DNA of 63,811 bases, the filler included, from Octopus bimaculoides (lineage: Eukaryota), in assembly GCF_001194135.2 (NCBI RefSeq). It is 7 parts of 5 records of this genome, joined end to end, with 100 filler letters (N's around TTAATTAATTAA, not from the genome) between each part and the next. Parts side by side here need not be neighbours in the genome. Positions count along the whole stretch, not along the records: positions 1 to 27,960 come from NC_068991.1; 6 more parts are not named here. One strand, written 5' to 3'. Under the pieces are notes generated by a model. The model had not been told where the DNA came from. It searched no databases and saw nothing but the letters and a program-made list of their open reading frames with translations. Each line of letters starts with the position of its first letter. The stretch's first letter is position 1. Made by a program: the position numbers and the translations under genes. Below, piece by piece: positions 1-14,044 of this stretch.

Positions 1-32
<32 letters not shown>

Positions 33-1095
33 GCATTTAATATATTACGTAGATCTATGCTTGCTTATATATATATAATTTCAGGAAATGGAGGAGGAGA
101 GAATTTCGATTATCCTCATGCGGTAAGTTGTAACGCGCAAAAATGTATATATACAATAAAAGACGGAATATCCTCACAATTTACATAGTTTTAATATATT
201 TTTTAATATATTTTATAAGCAAAAGTGTATTGCGTTTGTCGACCGGTTTCGCTATTGCTAATCATGACATTGAAATTATTGTACTTCTGTATTTTCTGAA
301 GAAAATTTTAGTCCAGAAGCAAAATAATATAGTACGGAGTTAGACACTGAGTAATTTGTATTCAACAGGATGAAGTACCCAAACTATTTTTAATGAATTT
401 AAGCTCAATTCACCCTTTCCATATAGGGCTGTGTTAAGACAAATAGAGAAAAAAAAAGTTTCGTTTAAGCAACACTCGATCTTAGCTATGTCTTCTCCGA
501 CGTGCCAAGAATAAATAAAGTGCATGAGAATTAGAGTATTAAACACATTTCGTTTTCCCATTACATTATACATGCTGGAAATATGTGAGTTTGAAATACA
601 AAAGCAATCATCTTGGTTGACTGCAACACTGTTTGTCTGTATGTATGTCACCTTGCCTGCCTGGTTGCCTGTCTTTCTTCGTGTCTTCCTGCCTCACAGG
701 CAAGCTGATTGTTTAGCTGAATGGCGTGAGATGTGGATGTGTGAAGGATGATCTCCTACAAACAGTCTGTGCAGTTGCTAATTTCATTATATTCCAAACT
801 GGAATTGGATAATTCTTATTTAAACTCCAGCAAGCAAACTCTGCTCTCCAGCATCGCTTGCTCAATATATCATATCATTTATATTTCTAACCTTATTTTG
901 GTATTTTTAAGGACCACTGTTGTTGTTGTTGTTGTTGTTGTTGTAGCTTTTTTAACGTATAAATCATCGTTTGTGATATCATTTAGGCAATACTTTGAAA
1001 TATAATCGACTTCTAATTCCTCTCATTAATACTATCACCGTCATTGTCATCAACATCAGCCGCAACACTATCACCGATACCACCGTTGTAATAAT

Positions 1096-1154
<59 letters not shown>

Positions 1155-1167
1155 CAACAACAACAAC

Positions 1168-1269
1168 ATCGAAAAATGCCTTAGGAATTAGAAACCAGGT
1201 TCGAAATTAGCCCAAGACACCTGAAGAAGGCTGGAGGGTATTCAGCCAAAACGTTGCGGACAAACACTA

Positions 1270-1270
<1 letters not shown>
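1168..1270 (+). mobile_element. Third copy of the hammerhead body between (AAT/AAC)n tracts; head absent, GAAA mutated to AAAA
   Basis: ATCGAAAAATGCCTTAGGAATTAGAAACCAGGTTCGAAAT..GACAC-CTGAAGA-A-GGCTG..CAGCC-AAAA-CGTT aligns to the minus strand of 36359-36450. Confidence 0.8.
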
Positions 1271-1340
<70 letters not shown>

Positions 1341-1347
1341 CGTTGAT

Positions 1348-1540
1348 GATTTCAAGTTTTGACAGAAGGCCCCCAAGTTCGGTGGAATGTGTACATCGAT
1401 TACATCGATCTCAGTGTTCAAACTGTACTTACTTTATCGACCCCAAATGGGTGACAGAGAAAGTAAGCCTCGTCGAAACTTCCACGTAGAATGTAAAGAC
1501 GGACGAAATGTCGCAAGTATTTTGCCCCGAGTGGCAGCTT
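1348..1540 (-). mobile_element. tRNA-derived SINE family A (diverged)
   Basis: Reverse complement of the GTTCTGAGTTCAAATTCC..GTCGACTTTGCCTTTCATCC..GGGTCGATAAAATAAGTACCAG consensus seen in many copies here. Confidence 0.6.
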
Positions 1541-2166
1541 GTCGCCCTCATAATAGCCACAACTACAACGAGAACAACAATAGTCATATTCACCACCATC
1601 CTCCCTGTAAACTCTACTCTAATTAACCCGAATATTATCAGCTTCAACACTCCGAACTTTATAGCGAGCAACCTCATCATACACCTCGCTATAACCACCA
1701 CCATATTAATCGCCATCATATTAATCATTATCGTCATAATCCTCCCCACCACCACCACAATCATAATAGTGGTTATCATCATAATCAATCCGGCAAGCAT
1801 CAGCATCACCACCACCACCACCACCACCACCACCACCACCTCTAGCGCCAGCGATGCTGCCGCCGCCGCCGCCGCTGCCGCAGGTATTCTCTCACGTTGC
1901 CTGTAATCGCTACCGTTACTTTTATCATGTAATGCCAATATCATAAGCGTAGCCTTGACGTCGGCTGGAAGGTTTAGCTCTTTTCTATTATTTATATTAG
2001 AATATCTTGTTAATTACTTCTTAAATGTATTAATTGACTTAGCAAAGCGAATCAGAGAATATACTAATTATATTATAAACTGTCGCAATAATATTCTAGT
2101 CATTGAGGTCTGATTGAATTAGTATACATCTCGAAGGGCTATTTCACTAAAGTACTAACACAGCGT

Positions 2167-2218
<52 letters not shown>

Positions 2219-2589
2219 TCAATGGAAAAAGGATATATATATTAGCGTTGGGAATCACGTCATGTTGCTAACCGGTGGTTAACACACGCTGATGACGGGT
2301 CAAAATGCAGAAACCCAGCTCCATGTGTATCACGTCAGGCTGGAGATGGGAAGGATGACTTCCCTTTGCAAATACGGATAGGGTACAGAAAGGCATTTTA
2401 CTCGTCTTCACGATCTTCTTTCAAAACTCACCGAGGACGAGGCTGGCAGTCATCCTTTTGGAATCAATGAAATAAGTACCAGTTAAATAGCGGGGTAGAT
2501 GTAATCGACGTACCCAATTTCCCATACTTGTTAGCCTCGTTGCAAGATTTGAAACCGATATTGATTCTACCATCTCAAAATATGCGACG

Positions 2590-2790
2590 ATACAGCGTTA
2601 AGCTTAAATGTTGTTACCACAAACACTCTTAGCTTTATCACTGCTATATTTTCTTGATCCTACTTCTGATCGCGCTAACAATATTTTTAACACTTCTCTG
2701 CAACACAATTCCATTACTATTTCTCGTCTTCTGACACAAAATTTCTAATAGTTACCAATTGCTTTGTTTCAAATGACTCGCTCTCCTGTA
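2590..2790 (-). mobile_element. Possible very old RTE endonuclease relic
   Basis: Minus-strand GIVLQRSVKNIVSAIRS...VIKL pieces resemble the APE GIVL..V.R.SDR.I.IKL region. Heavily disrupted. Confidence 0.3.
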
Positions 2791-3699
2791 TCGATTGGAA
2801 TTTAATTCATTCTGTGGAAAATGTGCAGCATAACTGGCGTAAGTTCAAAATAATTTATTTGATATGCTCAGACGTTATTCTCGGTCAATACCTATAGGAA
2901 AACTGTCCAGTAATCACTTGCCTCCTAATAATTCTTTTGCTACGCTAAAAGCTGACATGGTAAGAACTTGGAAATAATATATATTTGACAAATTGGATAG
3001 TTCCTATTTTTGCCGTCGCCAAAAGTAGAAAACAACTGCCTGATTATATTAGACCTAATAAATCTATTCACTTTTCGTTGCTAGTAAACGCGTACACGAG
3101 ATGAAATAAACTCCGAAAATTGACACAAATTTGCCAAAATCCTGGTAAGAAAGTTTATGGGAACATTCTACTGTTCGTTAATAATATCAGCGCCACAAAT
3201 CCATGTATTGACGCTAGTCTAATGGATGATGCATGAATGCATTCCAGCAGCGACCACATACAATTTTTGGTGTACCTAGATCTTCACTATTCGCTGTAGT
3301 TTCGTTATTCTCTAGATGTTTATTGTTCACAGCATTTTCGCTGATGCATGCAACAGTTAAACCAGGCACTTGATACCGTGGTGCTTCTATTTACTCAACA
3401 GAAAATGGGTATCAACTGCGTATTAGAGCATCTTTCTCTCACTATCACACTCTCTCACTCTGTCTCATCCATTCTCTCCTGCTAACACAGTCATGATGTG
3501 CTACTGGGTCAAACCATGAGGTGCGTTATGAGTGTGACAATCTGTTTGCAATTACATACTTAAAACAAGGACAGTAAAACATTCCCATTTGTGGAGTACT
3601 GGCTGGTTCTAGTATTTTGAGTAAAACACGTGAATTGCTATACACTAGCATTACAAGATTTTGCCGTTGAACTTCTTTTGTAGCTAGCTTTATATATAG

Positions 3700-3905
3700 C
3701 TTGGAAGAACTGTTAGCAGCCCGGGCAAAACAACGGTATTTCACCCGCCTATATTTTCTGAGTTCAGACTCCACCGGGGCCGACTTTGACATTCATCATT
3801 TCTGGGTCGATTAAATAAGTACCAGTTGCGTAAAGGGGATGATACAATCAGCTTATCCCTCCTTCCTCGAACTTCCTGGTATTTTACCAAAACTCCAAAT
3901 TAATA
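3700..3905 (+). mobile_element. SINE family A
   Basis: TTCTGAGTTCAGACTCCACCGGGGCCGACTTTGACATTCATC..GGGTCGATTAAATAAGTACCAGTTG. Confidence 0.75.
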
Positions 3906-4272
3906 TTATTATAAGTCTATTCCATTGAGATCAAATTTGACTTTCGATATTCTGGCTTTGAGGAATAGCGGTGATTAAACCGACTATACACAGACTACAA
4001 ATATTTAAGCCAAATATACCGATACATCAAATGTGAACTCTTACGGGTTTGTTAGAAATCAATATTGCTAATGAGTCTATAATTTTCTACTACCGTTTTA
4101 CATTGTTGTAATTTTTGTCGTTTAGCACCAAATCAACTCAGTTTGACCAAATATTCAAAGTGCATAATCAAACTTTATTATCCAATGAAGCATACTTCAG
4201 GACAGTAGGGCGTGTTTTGCGATAAAACTTCTGATGTTATTACTCTTAGATCAAACAACATTATTGGAGTTA

Positions 4273-4330
4273 CCGTATTTCCCCGCGTCGAAGGCGCTTC
4301 GTCCTCGAGCACGCACCCTAATTTTGACAA
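4273..4330. mobile_element. Possible single pogo/Tigger-like TIR relic
   Basis: TA-CCGTATTTCCCCGCGTCGAAGGCGC resembles pogo-family termini. No partner TIR was found. Confidence 0.3.
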
Positions 4331-4861
4331 CCAAAAATTTTTAAAAAAAGAAATAATAAACATAAAATAAGGTCCCATCATTTCTGCTCTTGTTAACTTC
4401 ACAGATACAATGAAAAAAAAATATCACCGTAATCTCCAGCACGCCACTTAAAATGTTCCTAGCTTTATTTTGGTTGTTCGTCTAACCCTTATTTGCGCTA
4501 TCCCTTACGTTAACTAACCGTGACTGTCTCCCATTGTGACCCCACACTCGCGTCTAAAAAATTAACAAAAGGCAGCACTCAACTTCCTTACCAATTTGTC
4601 AGTACAGAGACATGGTATGGCAAGTTTACACCGAAAGTTTATGCCTACTGTTATGTACCCACTGTCATACTGAAAGTAAACTACGACAGGGATGGATTCA
4701 AAGTGGGGATAGTGGGGAATGCACTCTCCACCAAGCAAGCAACTTTTTCAAATGTGACTGCTTTGTTTAAATATGTATAAAAATGAAAGCATATTTTTAC
4801 CAACAACACACAGCCCTTGAAGGATTCAGTATCAAAATTAATTATTTCAGTATCTCTCAGC

Positions 4862-4935
4862 ATGCGATGGACTGGCATACCGTCCAGCTGGGGGGGGGGG
4901 GGAGTACATATGCCATAGAAACCGGAAAGCATATG
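4862..4935 (+). mobile_element. Fragment of the same V-domain-like SINE
   Basis: GCGATGGACTGGCATACCGTCCAG..G12..CCATAGAAACCGGAAA. Confidence 0.55.
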
Positions 4936-6048
4936 CGAGTAAGAAAAAAAAAACATAACGTAGCTTAATAGGTAACTGAAGCATCCCGAGGGAGTTTTGT
5001 ATTTTAATCAGGGTCTGTAACTAGATATGAAATAACAATTTTTCCTGAGATTCTGATAGTTATCAATTTGAATACATTAGTAATCTGATATTGCTCGAAT
5101 AGTCTAAAGATCGGATAAGGTTTATGAATATCTGATGGCAATGAGTCTCTTTGATATTGGAAGCTTTTATGCACCAAAATAAATTTCACGATATAACATA
5201 ATAACATTTACACAACACTGCTAGGAAATTCTCTTAACCAGGTAGTTAAATGCTGAACAATAGAATCAAGGTTGTTTCATTTGGAACATAGAAAATATGG
5301 TTATATAAAATCCTTAGATGTGAAAATGAATGTTTACCAATGTGGAAAATGATGTGCAGTATAATATTTTTTAGTTGGATATGGATTACTCTATGTTTTT
5401 TAAATATATTTAAAGATCCGTGAACTTTAAATTTGCAAGAAATAATTCGCCTTTGTTCTCTAGATTTATGATTCAGCCTCCTTTTTCTGATTTCATACCA
5501 AAAAATACATAAATTCGAAATCCTTTGAAAATATTTCGATATGTAATTTATCATTTATTTCATCATCCACACTCATTTAACATCACATAATTTGATTTAT
5601 CCTCGTGGAATTTGATGAAATTTCTTTCACTTTTCGTTCAATTCCACAAGAAAAGCTACAAAACAAGTTGCTACTTTCGTTGAAAGTCAAATATTCCCTG
5701 CCAGGCTTATGTTAAAATGGAGCATTTTATTTCATTTTATTTCTTGTTGCTTCCGGTTTGTCCGTGCATGCTCTCCGTCCTCAAAAGTGTATGCAACTCT
5801 GAATAACTTGAGTATACGCATTACTAATTTTTGTTTTATTAAGAAGTAATTTTTGTTTATCCCATCGCTGCTTGAATAGCAAGTTCGATTCACAATTATG
5901 GCAGCTACGATATCATTTTCTATATCCAATATTTAAGTTTCTTTTAATCTTGTTACTTGTTTTGTCTTGCTTACTCATAGATCATTGACAATTCAACTCA
6001 TTCTCAGAACATTTCGAAAATTCAATTTCTCTCACTTTNNNNNNNNNN

Positions 6049-6084
<36 letters not shown>

Positions 6085-6835
6085 CGTGTGTGTGTGTGGG
6101 GGTGTGTGTGTGTGTGTATACATATATGTATATATATATATATATGGGTATATATATATACGACACAATCGTCACGTCACGAGGTATTGTGAACATTTAC
6201 ACACTTAACAATATATATTAATCCTATCATAAATGAAAACAAAATGGAAGATAACGGAATATGTGTAATTTAAATTCGTATACTGAGAGAGATTGAGAGA
6301 GGAAGTATGAAAGGGTTTAAGTATCGAAGAAAGTGCGTGAGGGAGTGAGGCAGAGAGTGAGTGACTGATTATGTGGGAGTAATTAATATTTAGATGTGTT
6401 GCTTCTTAGTCAGCAGATTAGTGAATTCTTAAACTTTTGCCTTGGAATACTAGAACATAGAGAATAAAACAGACACAATGAGATTAGTACTAAATACCTT
6501 ATCACCTACATTGGAAATGACTGTAGGTTTTAAATAAAGAGTATAAAAAGAAAGACGAGATATAAGTAACTACATTGAATTCTTCCTCAGCGAAAAGACT
6601 CCATACTTGATGAGCTGTAAGAGGTGAGGAAATACTATGTCATCAGAAAGGGAAACAGGTGAATTTCGAGTAACGTAGCGTAAGGAATTTTAATATGTTG
6701 TAATTAATCCCGTCTGAAGTCGAGTACTTTTGACGAATATATAACGAATGTATCAGTTTCTATGTAGCCTAATAAAAGTTACTTACATGCCTCATAGGGA
6801 ATCAACAGAATGGATAAATGTATTAAATATATAAT

Positions 6836-6965
6836 CGTGGCCTGTGTGGTGAGAAGTTCGCATCCCAAACACATAGTTTCGGGTCAGTGCCATTGCGTTG
6901 CAGCTTGGGCAATTGTCTTCTAATATAACCTCGGGCAGATTTGATAGACGTAAATTATAACGTCG
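6836..6965 (+). mobile_element. tRNA-derived SINE family B
   Basis: CGTGGCCTGTGTGGTGAGAAGTTCGC..TTCGGGTCAGTGCC..CTTGGGCAATTGTCTTC..CCTCGGGC. Confidence 0.65.
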
Positions 6966-6982
6966 CGTTAACTATATGGTCG

Positions 6983-7028
<46 letters not shown>

Positions 7029-7264
7029 CTATGGAAAGTATTTCTCTAGTATAAGGCAATAAAAAAGGCGTTCTTTAAACGTTATTACATGTAATGAAAC
7101 ATGTTGCTATATATGTACAGGGTCAGTTTTTTCTTTATCCTTTCGGACTCAATGGCATAATTATATGGTGAGTACTGGAGTCGATATAATTTACCCTCTC
7201 CCTCAATATTGCTAGCCATTTACCAAAATTAGGAATCGATATTACCTAAAAACAATGAGACGTG

Positions 7265-7475
7265 TTGGCAGAATCGTAACCGCGTTGAATAGAATACTTA
7301 ACGGCATTTCGTCCATCTGTGCGTCCTGAGTTCAAATGCCGGCGGGGTCGATATTGCTTTTCATCCTTTCAAGATCGATTTTTAAATAATTGCAAGTTGA
7401 GAAGTAGTATCGATGTAAATGACTAGCCGCCTTGCCCGAACTTCCCAGCCAGGCGAAAAGAATTGAAACTGATAT
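7265..7475 (+). mobile_element. SINE family A
   Basis: GGCATTTCGTCCATC..CCTGAGTTCAAATGCCGGCGGGGTCGATATTGCTTTTCATCC. Confidence 0.75.
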
Positions 7476-8019
7476 TAGCTGAAAACTATATAGGCATAAT
7501 TGAGGGTATATTTAAGGTACGTTACTTCGATCATTTCTTTTTTCAGACATTTAGGATGAAATTGGAGAAGGTATTGAGGTGCGTGGGAAATTCAAGGTTA
7601 TAGCTTTACTACCTATAATTTGATGTGGTAATATCCATTAGACATTAAGTAGATCATAAGATTATAATCTAATTATATGAATCAACATTTAACATCTCAA
7701 AATTATTTTATGTTATAATCTCACAAACTATCTTGCCTTTTTTATACAGTTCTTTAAATTTCTCTACTCCTTCGTTAGGTTCTACAAATTATGCGATGCA
7801 TTTGAACGAGCTATAACTTTTACAGCACTGTACATTTCTTCATTAATTTTCTGTTCCCATAGTATTTCAAGCTTATTTTACTACTGACTTCTTCTCTTTC
7901 GAATATTTGGGATTTTTCTAACTGCAATATCATTATGTATATTAATTTGAGCGTCTCAGAAAAAACTTTTTAACACACTATGCAACAGCAGAATTTTCAA
8001 ACACACACGCACCACCGAG

Positions 8020-8084
<65 letters not shown>

Positions 8085-8104
8085 AAAGAGTATATATATA
8101 TCAT

Positions 8105-8145
<41 letters not shown>

Positions 8146-9619
8146 CACACACACACACACACACATTTATATATATATATATATATGGCAGTCAGTGTTT
8201 TTTTTTCTAGCCACGCAATTTGAAACTGCACACTTATGTCTTTATTGCATTTTATAATATTATGTATGTATAAACGTGTTTATTATTCCATCTGTGTTAT
8301 GTGCTACTTCAAATTTTTAAATATTTAGACTATTTTAAGGAGGAGATAATAAGAGGATTTACATACACGCTAGTTTAAACTTCCAGAAATACAAGTGGCC
8401 AGCATATTATATTAGAAATATTTTTATATAAATTTCAAAGAACTGTACACATAATAACGAAACAACTCAAAACTCTTAGAGAAATTATAGTATTTCCGAT
8501 TTCTGATGATAATATTATCCTTCTGCATTTCCATATATTTTTTACAGTCCTGAATATTAAGCTGTTGAAAATATTTGGAAAGGTATTCATATTCCCATGT
8601 TCATGTAATTGCATAACCGTTCTTCGAAACGATAATTATAGTGAAATGAATGCACATAAACCAGGATTTGCTATGATATTATACTTGTATTAATTATAGA
8701 TGCGATCCTATAATGAACTTAAAATATATAACAGCAAGGACAATAATGATACAAATAGGAAATATTAAGCACAGGTTAATTTTTCTGAACAAAATACACT
8801 GCTTAACATACATGTAAGATTTGCTAAGATATATTCTTGACATCATGTGAAACCTCTTCAATTGCGAAGCACCTCAAGCACAGATACAGCAAGTACTTGT
8901 TCATATTACAGATATTTTCCTGACGTATACGATATAAACACGACATATGTTCATACACACACACACACACATACACACACACACACACACTCACATACAA
9001 TATATGACAGCAAACTAAAGTAGTGGTCGTNNNNNNNNNNNNNNNNNNNNNNNNNNNNNNNNNNNNNNNNNNNNNNNNNNNNNNNNNNNNNNNNNNNNNN
9101 NNNNNNNNNNNNNNNNNNNNNNNNNNNNNNNNNNNNNNNNNNNNNNNNNNNNNNNNNNNNNNNNNNNNNNNNNNNNNNNNNNNNNNNNNNNNNNNNNNNN
9201 NNNNNNNNNNNNNNNNNNNNNNNNNNNNNNNNNNNNNNNNNNNNNNNNNNNNNNNNNNNNNNNNNNNNNNNNNNNNNNNNNNNNNNNNNNNNNNNNNNNN
9301 NNNNNNNNNNNNNNNNNNNNNNNNNNNNNNNNNNNNNNNNNNNNNNNNNNNNNNNNNNNNNNNNNNNNNNNNNNNNNNNNNNNNNNNNNNNNNNNNNNNN
9401 NNNNNNNNNNNNNNNNNNNNNNNNNNNNNNNNNNNNNNNNNNNNNNNNNNNNNNNNNNNNNNNNNNNNNNNNNNNNNNNNNNNNNNNNNNNNNNNNNNNN
9501 NNNNNNNNNNNNNNNNNNNNNNNNNNNNNNNNNNNNNNNNNNNNTATATATATATATATATATACATATATAAATACACACATGCATATAAAAATGCATA
9601 TATTTATATATGTATTATG

Positions 9620-9698
<79 letters not shown>

Positions 9699-10159
9699 AT
9701 ATGAAATTGGAATAATTATGTCAAACCAAATTATCATATTTTGAAATCATCGAATATGTTTAAGGTTTGGGCTCTATAATTCAAAACTGCATCCATTACT
9801 TAATCCTTCTTTAGTAAAAAAAATTGAAAATATGGTTTAATTAGCCGGCCTTGACTCTATATATGCAGATATTCTGATAATGTCTCCACTCTCCACGTAC
9901 TTAGCGTCATTGTTATTAGTATTGTTGTTGTTTTTTGTTTGTTGTTGTTGTTGTTGTGGTTGTTAAGGGGTCGAGCTTACTTCGGCCATGATCGAGGTTA
10001 ACAGAATTTTTTCCTGCTCTTTACATTGTGATTTCAAATTCCCCCAGGATTGACTTTTGCCTCTCGTCGATAAAATAAGTAACAGTTGAGCACCGCGGTT
10101 GATTTGGTTTCAGGCACTTTCCAAGTAGATCCAGGCCTCCTCCCGATTGCACAAGCGAT

Positions 10160-10238
<79 letters not shown>

Positions 10239-10475
10239 TGTAGTAGTCGTTGTTGTATGAAGTGTGTTTTGTGCTGTTTTGTCTTGTTTTTGTTCTTCTC
10301 TGTATATCTGTTAATGGATGACGTCGTGAATTCTGGCAGATGTCATTCTCTGTTTAATTATAAATTGTCTCTCTATATATAATTATGATACATGACTACT
10401 ATAATACATATGATTATACGTTATCTATAATGTATGTCTTATAGTCGATTTTGACATCTAATGACACCGAAGTTA

Positions 10476-10523
<48 letters not shown>

Positions 10524-10689
10524 TGTATATAGCTGAGTATGTATATATGCATGAAAGCGATCCACGAAAGGATGTCTTCGATTTGTAGCAGTATAGACAC
10601 ATTCCAGTCCTCATTAGGAAACATGTCTGCACTAAAGTGTTTTCTAAACTTCCCTAGGTAGTCGTAGCTTATTTATAGCACGGCCATTT

Positions 10690-10850
10690 CTATATCATCA
10701 AATGATTAGCGCGTCGAACAAACTGCTTGGCAGCATCTCTTCCAGTTCTACGTTATCGATTCAAATACTGTTGGAAATATTGTTGGAAACTTTAAACGTT
10801 TCAGGGTCGATAAAATAATGTACCAGTCATATACTGCTATTGATAAGTAA
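10690..10850 (+). mobile_element. SINE family A (diverged)
   Basis: GATTAGCGCGTCGAACAAACTGCTT..TTCAAAT..GGGTCGATAAAATAATGTACCAG. Confidence 0.6.
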
Positions 10851-11005
10851 TAGCAATACTATAGAATATTTGCACTTATTTATGCCCCCTTAACGTTCTT
10901 TGCTGAAATGTCGCTGATATCAAGATTGTCTTTCGTCTTCTCAATGCTTTTAAAATAAATGCCGATCAATTATCACTAATCATGTTTAAAACATCTATGG
11001 TTATA

Positions 11006-11269
11006 GTAAAGATTGTTTGCCATCATAACATGGCAGTCCTGTTTTAGGAAGCATGTTGCTGTAATTTATCCCCAGGAAACAATGTCTTTTGCTGATTATA
11101 CACAGATATTGTTTTGAGTTGAGTGGGGGTGCTAGATTCCCTTGTTCGAAAATATAAGGACACAGATCGTGTCGTATAGCCAGATAGAGATGATGTCTCC
11201 TGGGGCTAAATTACAGCAACATTCGTCCTAAACCAGGACTGCCATGTTATGTTGGCAAAAAATCTTTAC
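11006..11269. mobile_element. MITE with ~80-bp imperfect TIRs and TA target-site duplication
   Basis: TA-GTAAAGATTGTTTGCCATCATAACATGGCAGTCCTG..CCCCAGGA is inverted relative to TCCTGGGG..CAGGACTGCCATGTTATGTTGGCAAAAAATCTTTAC-TA. Confidence 0.8.
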
Positions 11270-12149
11270 TACAAAGTTCTGTTGCTGAATATCTCACGTT
11301 GTGAGATTTAAAAATAAAACATTTCTTATCTGTGGTCATATTTTAAACAAAAATGCATGAACTGTACGATACTAAACCATGTAAAATATTTGCGTTCGTC
11401 CTTCGTTTTTCTTCAATAAATTAATTACCAGGAATTATTCTGAAATGTACATAACAGATTTTACTTATGTCTCGTGAGTATTTGACTATCTTTAGGCCAG
11501 GAGATTGAGTCATCAATAACATTTTTCTGGCAGTAAATGTGGCGGAGATTTGGAATCTAAGATTAAATGCAACGGAATGTTATATGCTTTCTCTACTTTT
11601 TTTGCGTTATTAAGTTTATATCTCAATTTATTTTTCATCATGACAAATTGTTTTCCTTGATAAAGGGATTTGACAATAATTTACTGCCAACGTTCCCGTC
11701 AACTCTATGGATTTCCCAACAATAATCCCATTGAATATCTAAATGAATATCTAATGATTATAACAATGTTTGAAGAGCGGATTCAAATTAAGTGTTTTGT
11801 CTATAAATGCATCGACGAATCCAAACAGACTGGCATGTATTTTATTTTTATATGAGTTATCGATGACATAAATTAATACGCATGCAGTTAAAATTGGCAT
11901 GGATTAATGATTATGCGATTAAATATCCATGAGGTATGATTTATTGCTTTTTACTGGTACATGATTCATACGTAATTTATAGGTTTGAAAGCTATGAAAG
12001 AAACAGTTCATTAAACGATAGGAAACAAGAGCTAAGAGCCTAAATGTATTAGAATATTTTCTTGGGAGTTTCGCTTCTTTAAGACACTATATTTCAGGCA
12101 ACATGCGATCTCAGTTCGAATCGCAGCTTTGTCTTCCATTCTTTTGAAT

Positions 12150-12295
12150 TTTAAAAAAAAATTGATAGCAGACTGCTTAGCTGCATTTCGTCTTTACGTT
12201 CTTAGTTCAAATTCCCCCGAGGTCATCTTTGTCATTCATCCTTTCGGGGCCGATAAATAATTACTCCTAGAGCACTGGGATCGACGTAATCGAGG
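12150..12295 (+). mobile_element. SINE family A running into a G-rich minisatellite
   Basis: CATTTCGTCTTTACGTTCTTAGTTCAAATTCCCCCGAGGTC..TCATCCTTTCGGGGCCGATAAATAA..GAGCACTGGGATCGACGTAATCGA. Confidence 0.75.
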
Positions 12296-12570
12296 GGGGG
12301 AGGAAGTGGAGGAGGGGAGGAAATGGAGGAGGGGAGGAAGTGGAGGAGGGGAGGAAGTGGAGGAGGGGAGGAGGTGGAAGGAGAGGGGGTGGNNNNNNNN
12401 NNNNNNNNNNNNNNNNNNNNNNNNNNNNNNNNNNNNNNNNTGGAGGAGGGGAGGAAGTGGAGGAGGGGAGGAAGTGGAGGAGGGGAGGAAGTGGAGGAGG
12501 GGAGGAGGTGGAAGGAGAGGGGGTGGAGGAGGAGGAGGAAGAGAAGTAATAGGAGGAGAGGGAAATGGAG
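12294..12570. repeat. Polypurine 17-bp minisatellite (AGGAAGTGGAGGAGGGG)n
   Basis: The unit repeats on both sides of a 48-nt gap. Confidence 0.9.
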
Positions 12571-13507
12571 GAAGGGGTGTATATACAAAACTATGCGGAC
12601 CGCAATCCACTTGCTGACCTGGAAGTATATCAATTGTCTTCAGGTCTCTAAAGAAGATCGATTTATCAGCTCTATTCTGTATGCATCCTGATCTTATTAG
12701 TCCAATTTTAGCATAAAATCCTCAATCACAATGGGTGTATGTAATAGCAAGTTCAGGATTCTGTGGGATTTTTGCTTTGCACCCATAGCTCTTCTCTTTG
12801 ATGTCCCCGGGTGAGATTTACAACATAACAAAAACCTGAAGAATGAATGACAAAGACTGTTGCTCCAGCATGATTTGAACATGGAAAAAAATGCACATAG
12901 CATCACCATTTCTACGAAGCATCGGTGCTTTTGGCAGTTAATTAATAAATGCGCTTTTGACAGCCGAAGAGGAAGTAGAGAAACGAGTATGAGAGAGATA
13001 TACAGTGAGAGGGAGAGAAAGAGAGAGAGAGAGAGAAAGATAAACACTGCGATATAACCCTTCACTATTTGTAGAATGTGGATTAATCAATATTTTAACC
13101 CTTTCCTAATGATAAAAAAACAAAACATACTTTCGAAAACCTCCAGAGTTTCTGAAGCATACAATCAACAAGTTGCAATTTTATACAGATGTTTGACAAA
13201 GCTGCCATGTCCGTGCATATTCTGATGGTAATTATGATTCATTTCGGGATTGGCTACACTTTGTCATTCATTTTACATTATTATTATTATCATTATTATT
13301 ATTATTGTTACCATTTATTTTTTATTTTATTTTATTTATTTATTTATTTATTTGTATTTCATGTTTTAACTGATATTGATAATGTATCCGCTGATATCGC
13401 AAATTGTTATTTTTCTTAGTACTGCTGTCTTTGCAGTTGCTGTTCTTCTTCCCCTTCTTCCTCCCCTTCCTTTGCTTCCTCTCCCCCTCTTCTTTTTCTA
13501 CTTCTTT

Positions 13508-13538
<31 letters not shown>

Positions 13539-13541
13539 TTC

Positions 13542-13594
<53 letters not shown>

Positions 13595-14044
13595 ATTATT
13601 ATTATTTTCTGATTTTTCTTCTTACTCATACTTGACTATGTTTTCCCTTTTATTGCTTCATCTTTCGCTAACTTTGCATCTTTTTCAACATTTATTCATT
13701 CTTTTTTTGTTACCTTTTCTCCCCTAATTTCTTTTCTTCTGAATACTGTTGCATTTCCAGTTTTTTCTTCTTTTCTTCCTCTTCCATTTCTCTTCTACTT
13801 CTTCTTCATCTCCTTCTTCTTCTTTTTTTCCTTTTCTTCTACTTTCTCTGCTGCAGCTACTGCCGTGTAACCATTCCTGCCTTGGTTTCCTCATTAATCT
13901 TCCATTGCCCTATCACCAATATATATATATATCTATATGTGTGTGTGTGTGCGCGCGCGTGTGTGTCTGTGTGTGTGTAAATATCCACCACTAAAGATTT
14001 GCTAATCTAATGGTTTGCAGTGAGCGTCGTGTTCAATATTGATT

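Noticed and set aside
5732-5929. Protein-like ORFs MDIENDIVAA.. (also 4520..4780, 18549..18743, 21256..21570, 42301..42495, 23848..24153)
   Set aside because: No recognisable family, no consistent splice-site pairs, and lengths are compatible with chance.
8824-9715. Long ORFs through N runs (also 30181-31355, 40882-42017, 44462-45316, 46802-47737)
   Set aside because: Open only because N codons and TA/CA repeats lack stops.
12620-12730. Minus-strand frame GFYAKIGLIRSGCIQNRADKSIFFRDLKTIDILP as an exon
   Set aside because: Weak donor, no clear acceptor, and no homology that I can recognise.
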